Positions 39,851-53,620 of a stretch of DNA of 64,000 nucleotides are shown in pieces. This DNA is from Camelus ferus (lineage: Eukaryota), in contig NC_045698.1 of NCBI RefSeq assembly GCF_009834535.1, positions 5,768,001-5,832,000 of the forward strand. Direction: 5' to 3'. A program made the translations under genes and the position numbers. The notes below the pieces were generated by a model that was given only the letters and a program-made list of their open reading frames with translations, had not been told where the DNA came from and did not search any database. Positions within the stretch are counted from its first letter, which is position 1. Each line of letters begins with the position of its first letter.

Positions 39851-40356
39851 TGAGAATTTTTGAGCTTTTTTTTGGGTAACGTTTAAAAGGCAATGCGATC
39901 AGACTTATTGGAGAACCAGGGCGAAGAGTGCAAGCCAAGCCACTCCCTGCACCTGCTGCTTCCAGTCTCTCCTTGGCACCCGGGCCTGCTGCCCGTCGTC
40001 CAATCACCGCCCATGGGTGGGCCAGGTGCGATCAGGGAAGTTAGTGGAATGGCCGTAGACCACTTGAGCCAGTTAATTTGCAACATGAGGCCTGGGGTCA
40101 TTTCACAGGACTCTGTTTCCCCAACTCAAGCACAGTATTTAGGACATAGTAGCCAAGTAACTAATATGCTTGATTGAATGGATCCATGGGACAATCAGTA
40201 ATGAAAGAATGTTTGATGGATGCCATCCCTTCCTCTTTCTGAAACATCCCTGTGCCCAGCTCTAGGTAGGAAAACACCAACACTCTCTCCTGGCGGGGCT
40301 CAGCTCTGATGCTGCCTTACATAGAACATTCTCTACTTACCCCTCCTTCCTGTGGT

Positions 40357-41093
40357 TGGAACCAAGTCCCCCCAAAACCAGGTTCCCCTGCAAGTTTATG
40401 ATTAATCTCTCTATCCAAAACTTTATTCCCTTTCTTTTTCTCTCCTTGTTTCCTTCAAGATTTATGAGTATCAGAGAAATGGGGGGGGGGACTGAAATGA
40501 AGCAGGACCCTGTGGGGTCCTCCTGATAACAAAATCCCTTTACTGTCCCCATTTCTTATTTGACTCCTAGGCCTTTGCTGAGTTCCAGAGAGCAGACACA
40601 AGCAGTTACTAATTAGGGAAGTGGGAGGGTGCAGAAACAAAGCAAAAGCAGTGAAAGATGGAAAGTAATAACAACAGTTCAGCGATAAAACAGAGCCCTA
40701 GGAATGTACATAACATTCTGACACACGTCTCTGAGGTGTTCTGCAGGAACTAAGACCCCCACCCATGTGGACGATGGTGACTACATGCTGAGCACAAGCA
40801 CGTAGGCTCCAGACTGGTTGGAACCAGAAGGCTGATGATTAAGATCCCTGAAACATCACCTGTTACCTCATCACCAACCAATCAGGAGAAAGTCATGAAC
40901 CCTGCAACCCTCACCCCAAATGTTGCTTTAACAATCCTTCCCGGAAAACCACTGAGGAGTTCAGATCTTTTGAGCACAAGCTGCCCTTGCATACTCCTTG
41001 TATGGGGCTGTACTTCCCTTCGCCACAACCCGGTGTCAGAAGATCGGCTTTGCTGCATGGCTGGTGAGTGGACCCAAGTTCGGTTCAGTAATG
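40357..41093 (+). mobile_element. ERV1-type solo LTR (cetartiodactyl family)
   Basis: Start tggaaccaagtccccc...tttatgattaatctctctatccaaaactttattccc; end cacaacccggtgtcag...gacccaagttcggttcagtaa. Confidence 0.85.
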
Positions 41094-41643
41094 TGAGCAC
41101 TTTAGCTCTCTGCCACGCCAATGTTTATTAAATGTTTATCAAATAGTTACTAAGTTTACGTCATGCGCACAGCACTGTGCTTATGCAATAGAGCCATATA
41201 TTGTAGCTATTTTCCATAAAGATTTTCTTAAATGAGATTTTAAAAAATAAAAGTATATCTTATCTCACTTCGAGTGCTTATTGATGGTACTGAATTAATA
41301 AATGTTCCAGACTCAAAGTTTTGGTCCTTTTTCACGTCTATCAGACTCTTGCCCTTGACTGAAGCAGTTTGTGACTTTGCTCAAATCACAGAACATGGTG
41401 TTATATAAAAAGGACAACAAAGAAAGTCAAAGACGGATGCCTCTAGAGTAACATCTATGAATATCTATGCTGACATTTTAATTTTAACAGAGTCCCATAA
41501 GGTGACTCAAAGGAAAGACTTGAGGCAAACACACGACATTCTACACTTAAAATTCTGGAATATTATCATTACAGTAGTTTTGTGAATAAGTCAAAGGACA
41601 AAAAAAGTTTATTTTTTTATTTGCCATTAAAAATAAATACCAT

Positions 41644-42192
41644 TGTTAGGTAGGTAATAAGTGGGGAAACCGGGCAGATAAGGTGGAGGAGAGGGAGGAT
41701 GGTCTGCAAGATGTTGGTATGCCCACCTTCAGCATTAAGGGGCTTTACTTCCTCTAAATGAGCGCCAGCAAGAAACCAGTTAGAACCTGATGGCCGCAAC
41801 TGCGCAGTAACAGAAAGGAATAAACTGGACATGACCCAATGCTCATTGTAATATAATTAGCATTGCAGTTTAGCACTCTGCCATGGGTTTTTCTGTGTGT
41901 GTCATGGGTAAGGACATGTGCAAAAGGGACAAAAATGACTAAGCCCTCCAGGGGCAAGAGCCATCGATCAATCAAAAGACCCCCTCCAAGCAAGGGTGTG
42001 AGACAAGGGCAAACAAAGACCACTGCTCTCCTCCCTTGGCTCAGCCCGCCTCCGCTCTTGGAGTTGTGCTTTCCCCTTGCTAATAAATCCTTTAAACTCT
42101 TTCACTACACAACGCTCTGTCTCCCGTCTGAATTCTTATCTTTCGGATATGACAAGAACTGGGGTCTTGTCCTTCCTCCTTTTGGGGTAACA
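41644..42192 (+). mobile_element. ERV1-type solo LTR
   Basis: TGTTAG...GTAACA termini, with AATAAA followed by ctgaattctt...gacaagaac. Same architecture as the LTR at 32993. Confidence 0.8.
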
Positions 42193-42232
42193 CTGCAACA
42201 GACAAGAATGGTCAATGAGACTACGATGCATT

Positions 42233-42725
42233 TGTTGACTGAAGAAAAATACACAACTTAAACCTGAGAGTTAGTTTTTTTCAAAGATCTCACTGCAGAC
42301 TATAGCCTGGCAGACAGCCTCTCAGATAACTCTAAGAAACTGCTTCAAAGAGGTTAAGGGAGGAGCCAGGATATATAGGAGTTTTTTTGCTGGGGAAAAA
42401 AATCAAACAAACATGTAGTTGAACAACAAAAGACTACTGCTAATCACAAAGAACAGATATCTCAAGGTAATGATTTTAGTGCTTTTCTATACATGGGAGG
42501 ATGCAAGGATCTGGGTTCATTGAAATGATTCCTTAGTATGCATGTTAGCTACCCAGGGCTGAGTATCTAAAGCAGAGACTACTTCCTTTTTTCTCCATCC
42601 TGAATTCCCCTCAGGGCTCACCATTGGTGGGAGGCTGCAGTGGCTAATGGCTTGATCTTTATTAGAACTGGGATGACGGCAAGTTCTGTATTTACTGGAA
42701 TGGCAGGCAACATCTCCTGTCCACA
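42233..42725 (-). mobile_element. ERV1-type solo LTR
   Basis: TG...CA termini (tgttgact / tgtccaca), near-match 4-bp TSD catt/cttt, and internal agcctctcagataactct...gagccaggatatataggagt. Confidence 0.8.
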
Positions 42726-43584
42726 CTTTCCTTAAGATTCGATCCAGGGGACAGAGGTGTAAAAGTGTTATAAGTCAGAAAGTGGAAAGTGTGAGGGAGT
42801 AAAGATAAAACAGTTGCCTTTAAATTGGGAATATGTTCAATAATAGGTGAGTATTTTAAAAAGCTAAAACTTCTACTCCAACATGTATGTAATTAATTAT
42901 GAATTATTATAAGTTATTCTTTGTTCATTACTCAAGAATATAAGCTGGAATTGAAGTGAGTCATTTATTATTAGGTTGAAAAATACTTTGGGTAATTTTA
43001 TTCAAGTTAGAATTCCTCTGAGATACCAAAATTAAGCAAATAAAAATGTATAGACAAAGAACACAAATATATTAGCAGATAGTCCCCTAATACTTAAAGT
43101 ACCTACTCACCCCAAATATTACATTCTTTTTTATGTGATAAAACTGAGCAAAAAATCCAGTTTGTTTGCCAACTCGTCTTTGCCAACTACTGAGCTCATG
43201 GTTCAGGAGTTATGATGTGGCTTTTCTCAGGCACACGGCCATCACAAGGTCCAACTTGACATGTCTCATCCACAGCAAGAATCTTTGTTGTTTGTTTTGA
43301 TTTTAGCCAACATATTTCAAATCAACCAGTTACAGTGAAGTGATGGGATAAGATTGATTGCTTACCATAATATGGTAAATTTATTTTAATTCTGATTTAA
43401 AAGAAGGAATACGTTAAGAGTATTTGGTTTGCTATCAACTATTTCTATACCAGATAGAAATGGGAGATTTAAACTATTCTTAGCTATCTTAGGGTCTACA
43501 CAGAAAGAAAGCAGCCTTGTGTCTATGCCATACGAGCACTGGATTTATACTTAGTGGGGGACCTTTTCTGGAAATAATAATTTT

Positions 43585-43790
43585 GTTAATGTTTATCAGG
43601 TGCTTACTGTGATCAGCACTGTTTTAGAACTATACACAAATTGTTTTCCTTTCATTAACAACCAAATGAGGGAGGTACCATTGGTATTATTAAACAAATG
43701 AGAAAACTGAGGCTAAAGGTGGTGAACTTGTCAAGCGTTGTATCTGATCGGATACCCACCAGGTATATGTGCCTACAAAGTGCTTGCTCT
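43585..43790 (-). mobile_element. MIR
   Basis: gtgcttactgtg...cactgtttta...caaatgagaaaactgaggct...aacttgtcaag. Confidence 0.75.
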
Positions 43791-43829
43791 TAATCTCTCT
43801 GCTGTCCTCTCTAAACACTCGTGTTACAT

Positions 43830-44140
43830 CTTTTTCTAAGATACTTCCACTCTCTCTCAATATTCTTGGAATAAAGACAAAAATCCCTAAAGAGGCCCCA
43901 GGGCATCGCCTGATGTCCTTCTCCAGGTCCCTGCTTCCTGGGCTCTCTGGGGTTCTCAGTGTGCCAGGTGCAGGGCATTTACACGTGCCATTCCTCCTAC
44001 TGAAAATGTCTTCCCATTCCCGCTTTGCCTGCTGAAATCCTATTTACTACTGACTTCTCACCCAGTCTCTGTGACTCCCTCAGAAAGACTTCCCAGACCT
44101 CCAATCATATCAACCTTCTCATTGCATTTTGCTGTGAGCC
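43830..44140 (+). mobile_element. L2 fragment
   Basis: ggaataaagacaaaaatcc, cagggcatttacacgtgccattcc and tccctcagaaagacttccc. Confidence 0.65.
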
Positions 44141-44143
44141 ACC

Positions 44144-44648
44144 ACAAGATTTTATATATATTTCCCTGTGCTATACAGTATAATCTTGTTTATCTATTCT
44201 ACATATAGCTGTCTGTATCTACAAATTTTGAACTCCCAGCCTGTCCCTTCCCACCCCCTTCCCCACTGGCAACCACAAGTTTGTATTCTATGTTTATGGG
44301 TCTGTTTCTGTTTTGTATTTATGTTCTTTTTTTTTTTTTTTTTCAGATTCCACATATGAGTGATCTCATATGGTATTTTTCTTTCTCTTTCTGGCTTACT
44401 TCATTTAGAATGACATTCTCCAGGTACATCCTGTTGCTGCAAATGGCATTATGTTGTCATTTTTATGGCTGAATAGTATTCCATTATATAAATATACCAC
44501 ATCTTCTTTATCCAGTCATCTGTTGATGGACATTTAGGCTGTTTCCATGTCTTGGCTATTTTAAATAGTGCTGCTATGAACATTGGGGTGCAGGTGTCAT
44601 TTTGAAGTAGGGTTCCTTCTGGATATATGCCCGGGAGCAGGATTACTG
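44144..44648 (-). mobile_element. Young L1 3' region (camelid-type), truncated
   Basis: Encodes the ORF2 C-terminus DTCTPMFIAALFKIAKTWKQPKCPSTDDWIKKMWYIY plus 3' UTR. Confidence 0.92.
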
Positions 44649-45488
44649 CTCCCCAACAAGTGGTGTCTTGCAGCAGTAAATTATGCATTTTTTCTTTAAT
44701 ATTCAAGCAAGCTGAGCTGTCAAATGCATTTGTAAGTTTACTATTTGGTGTGCAGAATGTCTTCCTCAATAAGTGAAAAATTGCAAATGACAGTTTGCTG
44801 CATGGTTAACAAGCAAAAGCCAAGGTAACCTGTGAGGTGGATGAAATACACTCCGCATTCAAAGAAGAGTGTTAGAGCCCAAATAGGTTGGAGGAAACAG
44901 CAGGATTTCAGGTGCAGGGCCTCTTGTGCACCTGGCAGTTCCTAGGAATAGCATTTTACAGCTGCGCTCTTGCCAGCCCAGCTCTGAAAGCTCTCACATT
45001 AAATATAAAAAGGTTTTCATCAGATTTTTGTGAGAATGGAGAAAAACACAAAAGTAAAGAGGGTATAAGTTGGGTATGAGGAAGATGTCAGTGAGGAAGG
45101 GGAATTAAATTTCTTCTGCATTTTGAAGTGTTTTTGACAAGCACTCAAATCTTTGACTTACATGCTGCTGGTAAGAGCTTATGGTCACATAAGGTTTGAC
45201 TTCTCCTCCCAGGTACTGGGTATTGAGCAGGTAAAAAGAGAAAGTAGAGAGGGAGCCACATGGGGGTAACCGGTTTAAATGCATCGGGTTGGCCTGTGTC
45301 CACGTGTGTGTATGTTATTAGTGTTGAGGATGTAATTCTTTGGTTGCTAAAGTTAAAGGAAGGACCAGAGTAAGTTCTTCATGCTGCACATTAGACTCCA
45401 AATTTTTTTAGACTCTTAAATTTTAGGGAACATAAAAGAATTCAGGTAACCCCAATGGGAGCCAGTGAATCTCTAATAAAAAAATTAT

Positions 45489-45888
45489 GATGCTCCTGGA
45501 GAATGTCATTCTAAGTGAAGTAAGCCAGAAAGAGAAAGAAAAATACAATATGAGATTGCTCATATGTGGAATCTAAAAACAAGCAAACAAACAAAAAAAA
45601 AAACAAAGCATAAATACAAAACAGAAATAGACTCATGGACATAGAATACAAACTTGTGGTTGCCAAGGGAGCGGGGGTGGGAAGAGATAGACTGGGATTT
45701 CAAAATTGTAGAGTAGATAAACAAGATTACACTGTATAGAACAGGGAAATATACACAAGATCTTATGGTAGCTCACAGAGAAAAAACCGTGACAATGAAT
45801 ATATGTTCATATATAACTGAAAAATTGTTCTGAACACTGGAATTTGACACAACATTGTAAAATGATTATAAATCAATAAAAAAAAGTT
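45489..45888 (+). mobile_element. Young 5'-truncated L1 (camelid-type) with target-site duplication
   Basis: L1 3' UTR ending aatcaataaaaaaaagtt, flanked by AAAAAAATTAT at 45478-45488 and 45889-45899. Confidence 0.92.
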
Positions 45889-46064
45889 AAAAAAATTATA
45901 TAAAGCCAAACGAAGAACCCCCACAGTACCCCACGGTGTACTATATTACTGTCTCTTGCAAACTCCCTTCTAAAATTATCCACTACTGTTTTATGATGGT
46001 GGCAGTACAGATTCATATTTTCATATCCATGCAAAACAAATGAATTGTAGAATGCAATCCTGTA

Positions 46065-46281
46065 CAGTTGACCTTGCAGAAGGCACGGGTTAGGAGCACT
46101 GACTCTCCATGCAGTCAAAAAATCTAGGTATAACTTTACTCTTGGCTCTCCCTATCTACCGTTCCACACCCGCAGATTCAACCAGCCAGGGGTCATGTTG
46201 TGTTGCTGTATGTTGACTGAAAAAGCTCTGTGTACGAGCGGACCTATGTGGTTCACACCTATGTTGTTCAAGAGTCAGCTG
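46065..46281. mobile_element. MER8/Tigger2a-like MITE
   Basis: Terminal inverted repeats cagttgacctt and aagagtcagctg, with TA on both sides. Confidence 0.85.
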
Positions 46282-47391
46282 TAGTAAGAGCCAAGCTATA
46301 CTGGTTTTCTAAAGCAACTTAGAATTCTTTCTTTTTAAAGTCACCTGTGGGATCCCATTAAATGCAGCTTTATGTCTGATTTTCCTTGGTTGTTGTGGTA
46401 CTAAGGAGTTTTCATAACTATTCCTACCCAGAGGAGTAAGTCAGGGTCACAACTAAAGACTAATAATCAAGCCAAAAGAGATTCTCTCAAAGAAGGCAAG
46501 TGAACACTCACCTATAGGAAGTTTGTGTTTATTTTTTGTTCTATTTCTTTATAGAGAAATTTAAAAAAAATACCCTACTAGAACTAGCAAGTGTAGAAAA
46601 TCTGCTTTATAAATTATGACCCTCCCTGAAGCAAGCATGCACCCTAGGGTTGTGTAAAATGGCAATTTTTAAGAAAGAAAAAGTAAATCTATCACACCAC
46701 ATCAAAGCCAGTGTACACTCCTCCCCCAAAAAGCTCACTGTGGCCAGATTCACCCCCAGAGCTTTGTAAAACATCCCGTTGGCTCTCACACCAGCTAGTC
46801 CTGGGCCAGTCCCCACTCCCTCTGAGTAGATCATGAGCTTTGTCTAAGTAGTCGAGCTGCACACTTGTGTCCAGAGCCACAGGTCTGAATACTCTCGTGC
46901 CAGCCAAAGCCAGTTCCGATCATATGGAAATGAAATCCCAGGAACCCGCATGTACATAAGGGAGTGCCAGTCTGTCTTTTCTGATGTTCATCTCATGAAA
47001 ATGTTCAAAACGTCTTATAAGAACCTTCATACTTTGAATTTTAAATATGAAAGTCCTCAGTGTCAGATAAATATCTTTCCTGCTAACACACATCATGTGA
47101 ATACTGGCTTTTGATTTGGTATCCTCAGGATCTTAGTGAAATTTTTACACAGTAGATTTCTGTACCTTGGGAGAGCAACCAAAACTCCTAGAAACCAGTT
47201 CCCACAGAAATGCTTTCCAAGTAAGCAGGTGGAATAGTTAACAGAGTCCCCACATCGAGGGAAGCGGGGCTGCCTGCCCTGGTACTGATCACACTAACGC
47301 CTCAAGTTACTCCTATCATTATGCTTAGAGTTTTCATACCTTACAGAAGTTAACATCGCAAAGGTAAAAACATACATATCTTAAAACTATT

Positions 47392-47512
47392 TTCCCCTTT
47401 TTCACTGAAGTATAATTGATATACAATATTATATTAGTTTCAGGTGTACAATTCAGTGATTTGACAGTTACATACATTGCAGATTGATCACCATACTGTC
47501 TAGAAATCATAT
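47392..47512 (-). mobile_element. Short L1 3' end
   Basis: tgaagtataattgatatacaatattatattagtttcaggtgtaca...agtgatttgaca. Confidence 0.85.
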
Positions 47513-49296
47513 GACCTTCCCAACTATTGACTCACAAAATAAGTTAAACGTTAACTCCCACGTTCAATTACTGATGGGAGTCTAAAAATGATCAAAATTC
47601 AAATAATTTAAATGCCTCAAAATAGTAAAAAAAAAAATGTCAAATATGTGGTGTTCCAGCGAGGCATTTACTACAGAAATAAATAAAAACAGCATCATAG
47701 AAATTCTGGTCCAAGATGTATACTAAATATACCTCTTCTTCTGCAAATTTCATTAAAGTGATAGTAAAGGGATTACTAAAAGACACAAACCCAAAACAGT
47801 GAAGAGATCTGAAAGGGAGATTTGAGGGAACAAAATACTTGAACAAATGTCAGGAAAATGGAAGGTTGCAAAAAGAGAGGAAGAGGGGCAGTGTATGTTC
47901 ATGTCAAACAAGTGACTCACGCCTTATCAGACGCAATTTCTTTCCATAACACGTACTTTCAATACATCTATTACACTGAAAGGAAATGTATAAAGAAGGT
48001 AAATGATTCATAGACAATTTAAAAAAAATCAGTATAATGCTCTAATTGTAGTTGAAAGCATGAAGTAAATCATGTATAATCCATTACATAACTCAATTTT
48101 AAAATTCTCAGATACAACTATCCTGGAAGATAGTGAAACTGTCAGAGGTTAGCATCTTTATATGATAGTGTGAATCTATGAGCTCCAAATGCAGCATTCA
48201 GACAGGGATGGTGTTTTCTACTTACATACTGCAATGATTTTGCCTTTGATATTGGTATTTTCCAAAATGGTAAAATTCTAAATTTATATTTCTTAAAAAT
48301 TCATTATTTATTAAAACTATGTCTAAAATATGTTTACCATTTTTCCTTATAGGAACGCTGATGGCCAAATATACAAGATATCAACACCCTCAAAATTCTT
48401 AGGGGCAAGGTTTTTAATCTTAGATTCTAAATGTAGGAAAGCTATCACACAAGACAAGAATAAAAAATTTTTCAAATATGTACTAATTTAGAGTAGTGTT
48501 TACTTTCTCATGAAGTCACTTAAGGATGAACTCCAACAAAATAAGGGAGTAAATCCCTGAGAGAAAAATAAAGGATTATCAGGAAATGATTGGTTTAGTA
48601 TATTAAAAAAAAAAAGCATAGGATATTTGCAATTTGAAAGACGAGCAGTTGACCTAGAAAGCAACCAACCAAATAAAAATCTAGAGTTTACCTCTCAGGA
48701 GACTGAAGGGAAGAAGGTGGGGGAGGGGGCACTCAATAGAAAAGACAGTACTGTTGAAAGTCTGGGGGACCAGGAGACAAATATTACAAGAGAAAAACAA
48801 GCAATTATAACTGAATGAAAAACATAAAGGTTTTCAAGAAACCTGTGTTTCCAATATGAATAAACTAGTCCATTTACAATAGAAACTTTTTAAAAAGTTA
48901 GTATGTTTCCAAACAAAAGGGTAAAACTATAGGAAGTTAAAAAATACAAAGAATTAGCTGAAAATGACTTTTTTTCCTGTCAAAAAAAATTTGATGGCAA
49001 ATGGTCACTTCGGTAAAAACAAAAGTACATCAAACTCAAAGCACAAAACTATATGAAATACAGCATGACTTCTAAGTAACTGCTGAAGTATAAGAAAATC
49101 TCAAATTGTTCTTCAGCTGGAGGATAGCGTGGACTGCCTCCTTGCCTGCATAAGTGTTGCTCTAAACCCTGCCTGCTCTGTGTTTACCACAGCGGAACTC
49201 CCCTCTGCTGAAACCACATCCCGGGGCATTGTCTCTGGTATCTGGAGGCAGGGCCTCCACAATCACGGGGAAGTCAGTAGTCGAAGATTTGACCCT

Positions 49297-49726
49297 GCGC
49301 GATGGTTGATATTATGTGTCAGCTTGACTAGGCTGGGGAGCCTAGTTTTTTGGTCAAATGTTAGTCTGGATGTTGTTCTGTAGGTAGTTTATAGATGTGA
49401 TTAACATTTAAAGTCAAGTGACTTAAGTGAAAGAGATTACCCTCATAATGTGGTGAGCCTCACCCAATCGGTTGCAGGCTTTAGTAGCAAAACCTGAAAT
49501 TTCCTCTAAAAATGGGATTCTGACTCTAGGCTGTAACATAGAAATCTTGCCTGAGTTTCGTATTCTGGATCCTATGGATTTCAGACTCAGGACTGCAGCA
49601 GCAACTTCTGCCCGAGTTTCCAGCTTACCAGCTGCCTTATGGCTGTGGACTAGCCAGCCTCCACAATCCCATGAGCCAATTCCTTAAAGTCAATCCTTAT
49701 CTGAATATCACCCACCTACCTAATCA

Positions 49727-49765
<39 letters not shown>

Positions 49766-49805
49766 CCTCTTGGTTCTGTTTGTCTGGAGAATTTAAGCTG
49801 ATATA
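49297..49805 (+). mobile_element. MLT2 (ERVL) solo LTR containing (TCTG)n(TCTA)n at ~49727-49765
   Basis: gatggttgatattatgtgtcagcttgactaggc, gattaccctcataatgtgg, atgagccaattccttaaa and ttggttctgtttgtctggagaa. Confidence 0.9.
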
Positions 49806-51258
49806 TTGTGTTTCCAGGATTACTCCCAGGACTTCACCTCATCTGGATTCAGAAAAGTGGCTTTTCCTTAGGTCTCAAGCTACTTGAGCCGAAGTCATAC
49901 CTTCTGGCAAGTTGGTTACATGAGCCTTGAGGGGATCACAGATCTGAATCCAAAGAAATGGAAGTCTGTGTTCATGGAACTGCTTTCCAGAGGATGTGAG
50001 ATGTGCAGGAAGCAGGAAGAAGAGAGAGGCAACTGGTCCCCTTCCTCATCCCGCAGACTCCACTCCTGTGCCTCAAGGTAGCCCCCTTCCCAAGGCGCCC
50101 CTGCTTCTTGGTGGTCTTCTTACCTGATGGCCAGTGGTTCTTCTTTTAGCGTTTGCTCTAGTAGCTCCTTTAGCACACTTGCCCTTCTTACTGCCAGTAA
50201 CAAAGAGTGATAGCATATACTTTGAAGATTTTTAAAAAATTTCCTCTATAAACTTGACTAGCCTGGCTCATAATCCACTAGTTATCCCTGGGAAGTTTGG
50301 ATAACTGGAATCTGAAAGACAAAGGAAAATTTAGGTGTCTTTTTACTTATTCTGTCTAAGTTCTGCCAAGTATATGATATTAACCATTTCTTCCATTTTA
50401 TTTCTAAATTTTTGAGATCTATATCAAAAAAGACAAAGTATATGACCTGGTTTGTTTGTTTGTTTATTTTGTGCAAGTAGGCTGGAATTTGTACCTTCAT
50501 ATTCCATTAGGAATCAAGAGGCGAAGTAGCTTATTTTTCATTTGGTGCTGTTGAAATTTTTCTTTCTAGATTGACTTCCTCCATCCGATGAGTCTCTACC
50601 CACGGTCTCATCAAGATAAACCTGAACTCGCTCTATTCTCTGCAGTTCCTTCACAGGGACACTAAGAAAAAGCAATGTGTTTCCCAGGAATGAAGGAGAG
50701 AGACGTTACCAAGGAAACCAAACTCTTAACAGGCAGGAGATCGAGGAGAAAACCAAGACAAACCCTAAACAGGAGGCAGATAACTGCAACTACACAGCAT
50801 CAGCAAGACGAACATTAGTGCGTGAGCTTCTCCTCTTGTCACACAAATCTCAGGCCTGTTACCAACAGGGTTACAATTATTTTTGAATTCAAATCCCTTT
50901 AGTCTGTGTTGGATTAAAATGATCTGCCTCATGGACCACTTGTGAGTGGGGAGGATGACACTTGCAGAAAAGCCCTAGAAAGCCCTTGATTCTAGACAAT
51001 GTTTCCAGTGGTATAATCTCTCTTGTGTCCCACACCCATTTTCTTTATACCTTGAAGATTCCCCCAGAGCATCACTGCAGAAATTCCAATACTCCCACGT
51101 TGAAGAAGGTGTTAGCCTGACTTTCTGCTTGATTGTGGCACACAGATTAGAAAAGCAGGGAGTAGTTAGCATCATGGATGCTAAAGGCAGGAAATGCAGC
51201 TGCATGGTTTTATTTTCATCTGATGCAGGTTTCAGGAAAGCTTAAATAGATATATGGG

Positions 51259-51432
51259 CATTAGTCCTCAAACTGTAGTGGGCACAAATTTAGAGGGCTT
51301 GTTAAAAGTATAATTTCAGGAACTGTCCCCTGAATTTCTGATTGAGTAGGTCTGGGTGGGGTCTGGGAATTCTAGCTGGTTCCAAGGTGGTGCTCACGCT
51401 GCTGGTCTACGGACCACATGCTAGAACCACTG
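51259..51432. mobile_element. MER5A-like hAT-Charlie element
   Basis: agagggcttgttaaaa...tttctgattgagtaggtctgggtgggg...gctgctggtctacggaccaca...agaaccactg. Confidence 0.85.
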
Positions 51433-53454
51433 GTTTAGGGAAAAGCAAGCATTCAATTACATGCTATTCCTTTCATGGGTCACAAAAGAAAAGGTCCTAT
51501 TCTTTATATAGGGAACAGTATTAGTGCCTCTCTCTCCAGATCTTTTTCAATCAGTTTCAGGATTATTTAAGAGCTAACAGAAATTATAAGACCGACGCTA
51601 ACGAGAGGTTGTCATTCTCCTGTTAACAGCTTTTTGTTCCTTATTCTAGATTCCAGCTGGGAAGACAGCAGCGTTCAGGCTTCTCATTTCTCTCTGAGCT
51701 CTGCTTGAGCGTGGCCTGCTGTAACACGGTGACATCGCCACTGGGAGGTTGCACTACTCTTATTCCTTCTATTTCCGGAAAGAGGAAAAAGTCAATGACT
51801 TATTTTTCTTTCTTTCATTTATTTTTTTCTGAAATCAGCTTATATGTTGTTTTTTTCCCCCAGAGAATAGTTCGGTTTGTATAAAATGCTTTTCATCATT
51901 CCCATTAGTGCAGCTTTCAGTTTTCTCTAAAAGTGATCAACTTATTCAAACATTCTGTCTATTGTGTTTGAGATAATAAGGAAAAAACCCCACCAATTTG
52001 TTCCATTAAAGATGGTAGCATGTTATTGAAGAACAAACGTGATGGGGACATTAGAATAATTGGGGTGTGAAGCCAATTCTGCCACAATGAAAAGCCCTAT
52101 CATTTTACAGATCACTGCATCTCTCTGACTGTCCCACTGATGTTCCACTGAAAAACATGAGTACAGTGAGGTGATTGTATAAGTACTCAAAATCTCTTTA
52201 AAAGTCTAACTATTATGTAAGATTTGAAACGGCTACTAATAAATATAATGAATTATGTAAATAAAGACATTGTAATTTGCAATGGCTCTAGGTTACATAA
52301 TGATAAATTATAACCTTAAGAGCCATTTAACATACAATAAATTATATTGAAGTTATCCTTATTTCCAGAACTTGCATACTAAAATTACTCATTTTCAGTT
52401 TTAATACATTTCATTCTAAGGCCCTGAAAATCTACCTAAAGAAAAAACTTCAACCTGAATTTTAAATGAATTCACAGGTAATTTAAGTGCTGCAAGATTG
52501 CTAGTCATAGGCTCTAACAGGAAGCTTTCTACACTGTAACAAAGGTAGCAGTTTAGTAGATGTTTTGAATTTGGTTGGATGCATTTCAGGCTGAATCTGT
52601 CAGTAATACTGATCACCATTTCTCCGTTATAGTTAAATAATTTATTAAAAACATAGGAATTTTGTTATCTGGAAGTAGAGTTTATACAGTAAAAATGTCA
52701 TTTTCTTGAGGTAAAATGCAATTTAACCTTTAATGTATCTTAAAAATATTTTTAAAATAGAATTTTATTACTAATTTTCAAAATCATGTTCTTAAGAACA
52801 CATTAAGTGTAGAAATCTACTCAAAGTAGAAGAAAGACACAGTATTTCCAAAGCCTATAATCTCAATGCAGTTTTAGTTGCACATAGCTCACCATATGCT
52901 GGCTACATAAACACATAAACAACATTCAGAAAAAGAGATAATTTGCTTATTTTCCTCCAAAAGTCTCCAGCAATAGGTAGTCAAGTTGGATTACTTACTA
53001 AGCTTTGAGTTCATGGTCTAGAAAGTTAAGAAATTGTTGCATTTGCCATTTGGTTATCATTTTCTCTTTCCCTGAACTCATGTAATCACTCTATCCAATA
53101 CTCATTTATTATTCGCATGTCTGATAAAGAATATGCCACTCTTTTATAAGTATTATTACATTTGCATTGTCAAAATGATCCAAGTACTTCCGTTTGGATA
53201 ATAGATCATATCTTTTCATGATGGAAAATAAAAATAATGAAAAATTTTCCTTGGTAGTATAAAGTCTGAAAACCTTTCATATTGTCCAACTCCGTCATTT
53301 TAATAAATGATGTAAACTTGGGTTCCTATAAATGAAATGCCTTCTGGAATATCCTACAATGAGAGAGCTAAGAACCGCAGATTTCCTGATGTGACACCCT
53401 AAGTTCTTAACCCTGTATTCCCTAGAAGAAATAAAACCAAATTTCATTATAAAC

Positions 53455-53620
53455 ATGCCTGGGAACTGAGGATCTGTCTCAGATTGCCAGAGGAGACTAA
53501 AAAGACATAATAACGGAATGCATCATAGACCCTAGACAAGATCTTGGACCAGAAAATGGACATTAGTTGTCATAATTTGAATAATATGTGGAGATAAGTT
53601 CACAGTATTGTATCAGTTAG
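53455..53620 (+). mobile_element. L1MC/ME 3' UTR fragment
   Basis: cagattgccagaggagactaaaaagacataataac...gatcttggaccagaaaatggacatta. Confidence 0.6.
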
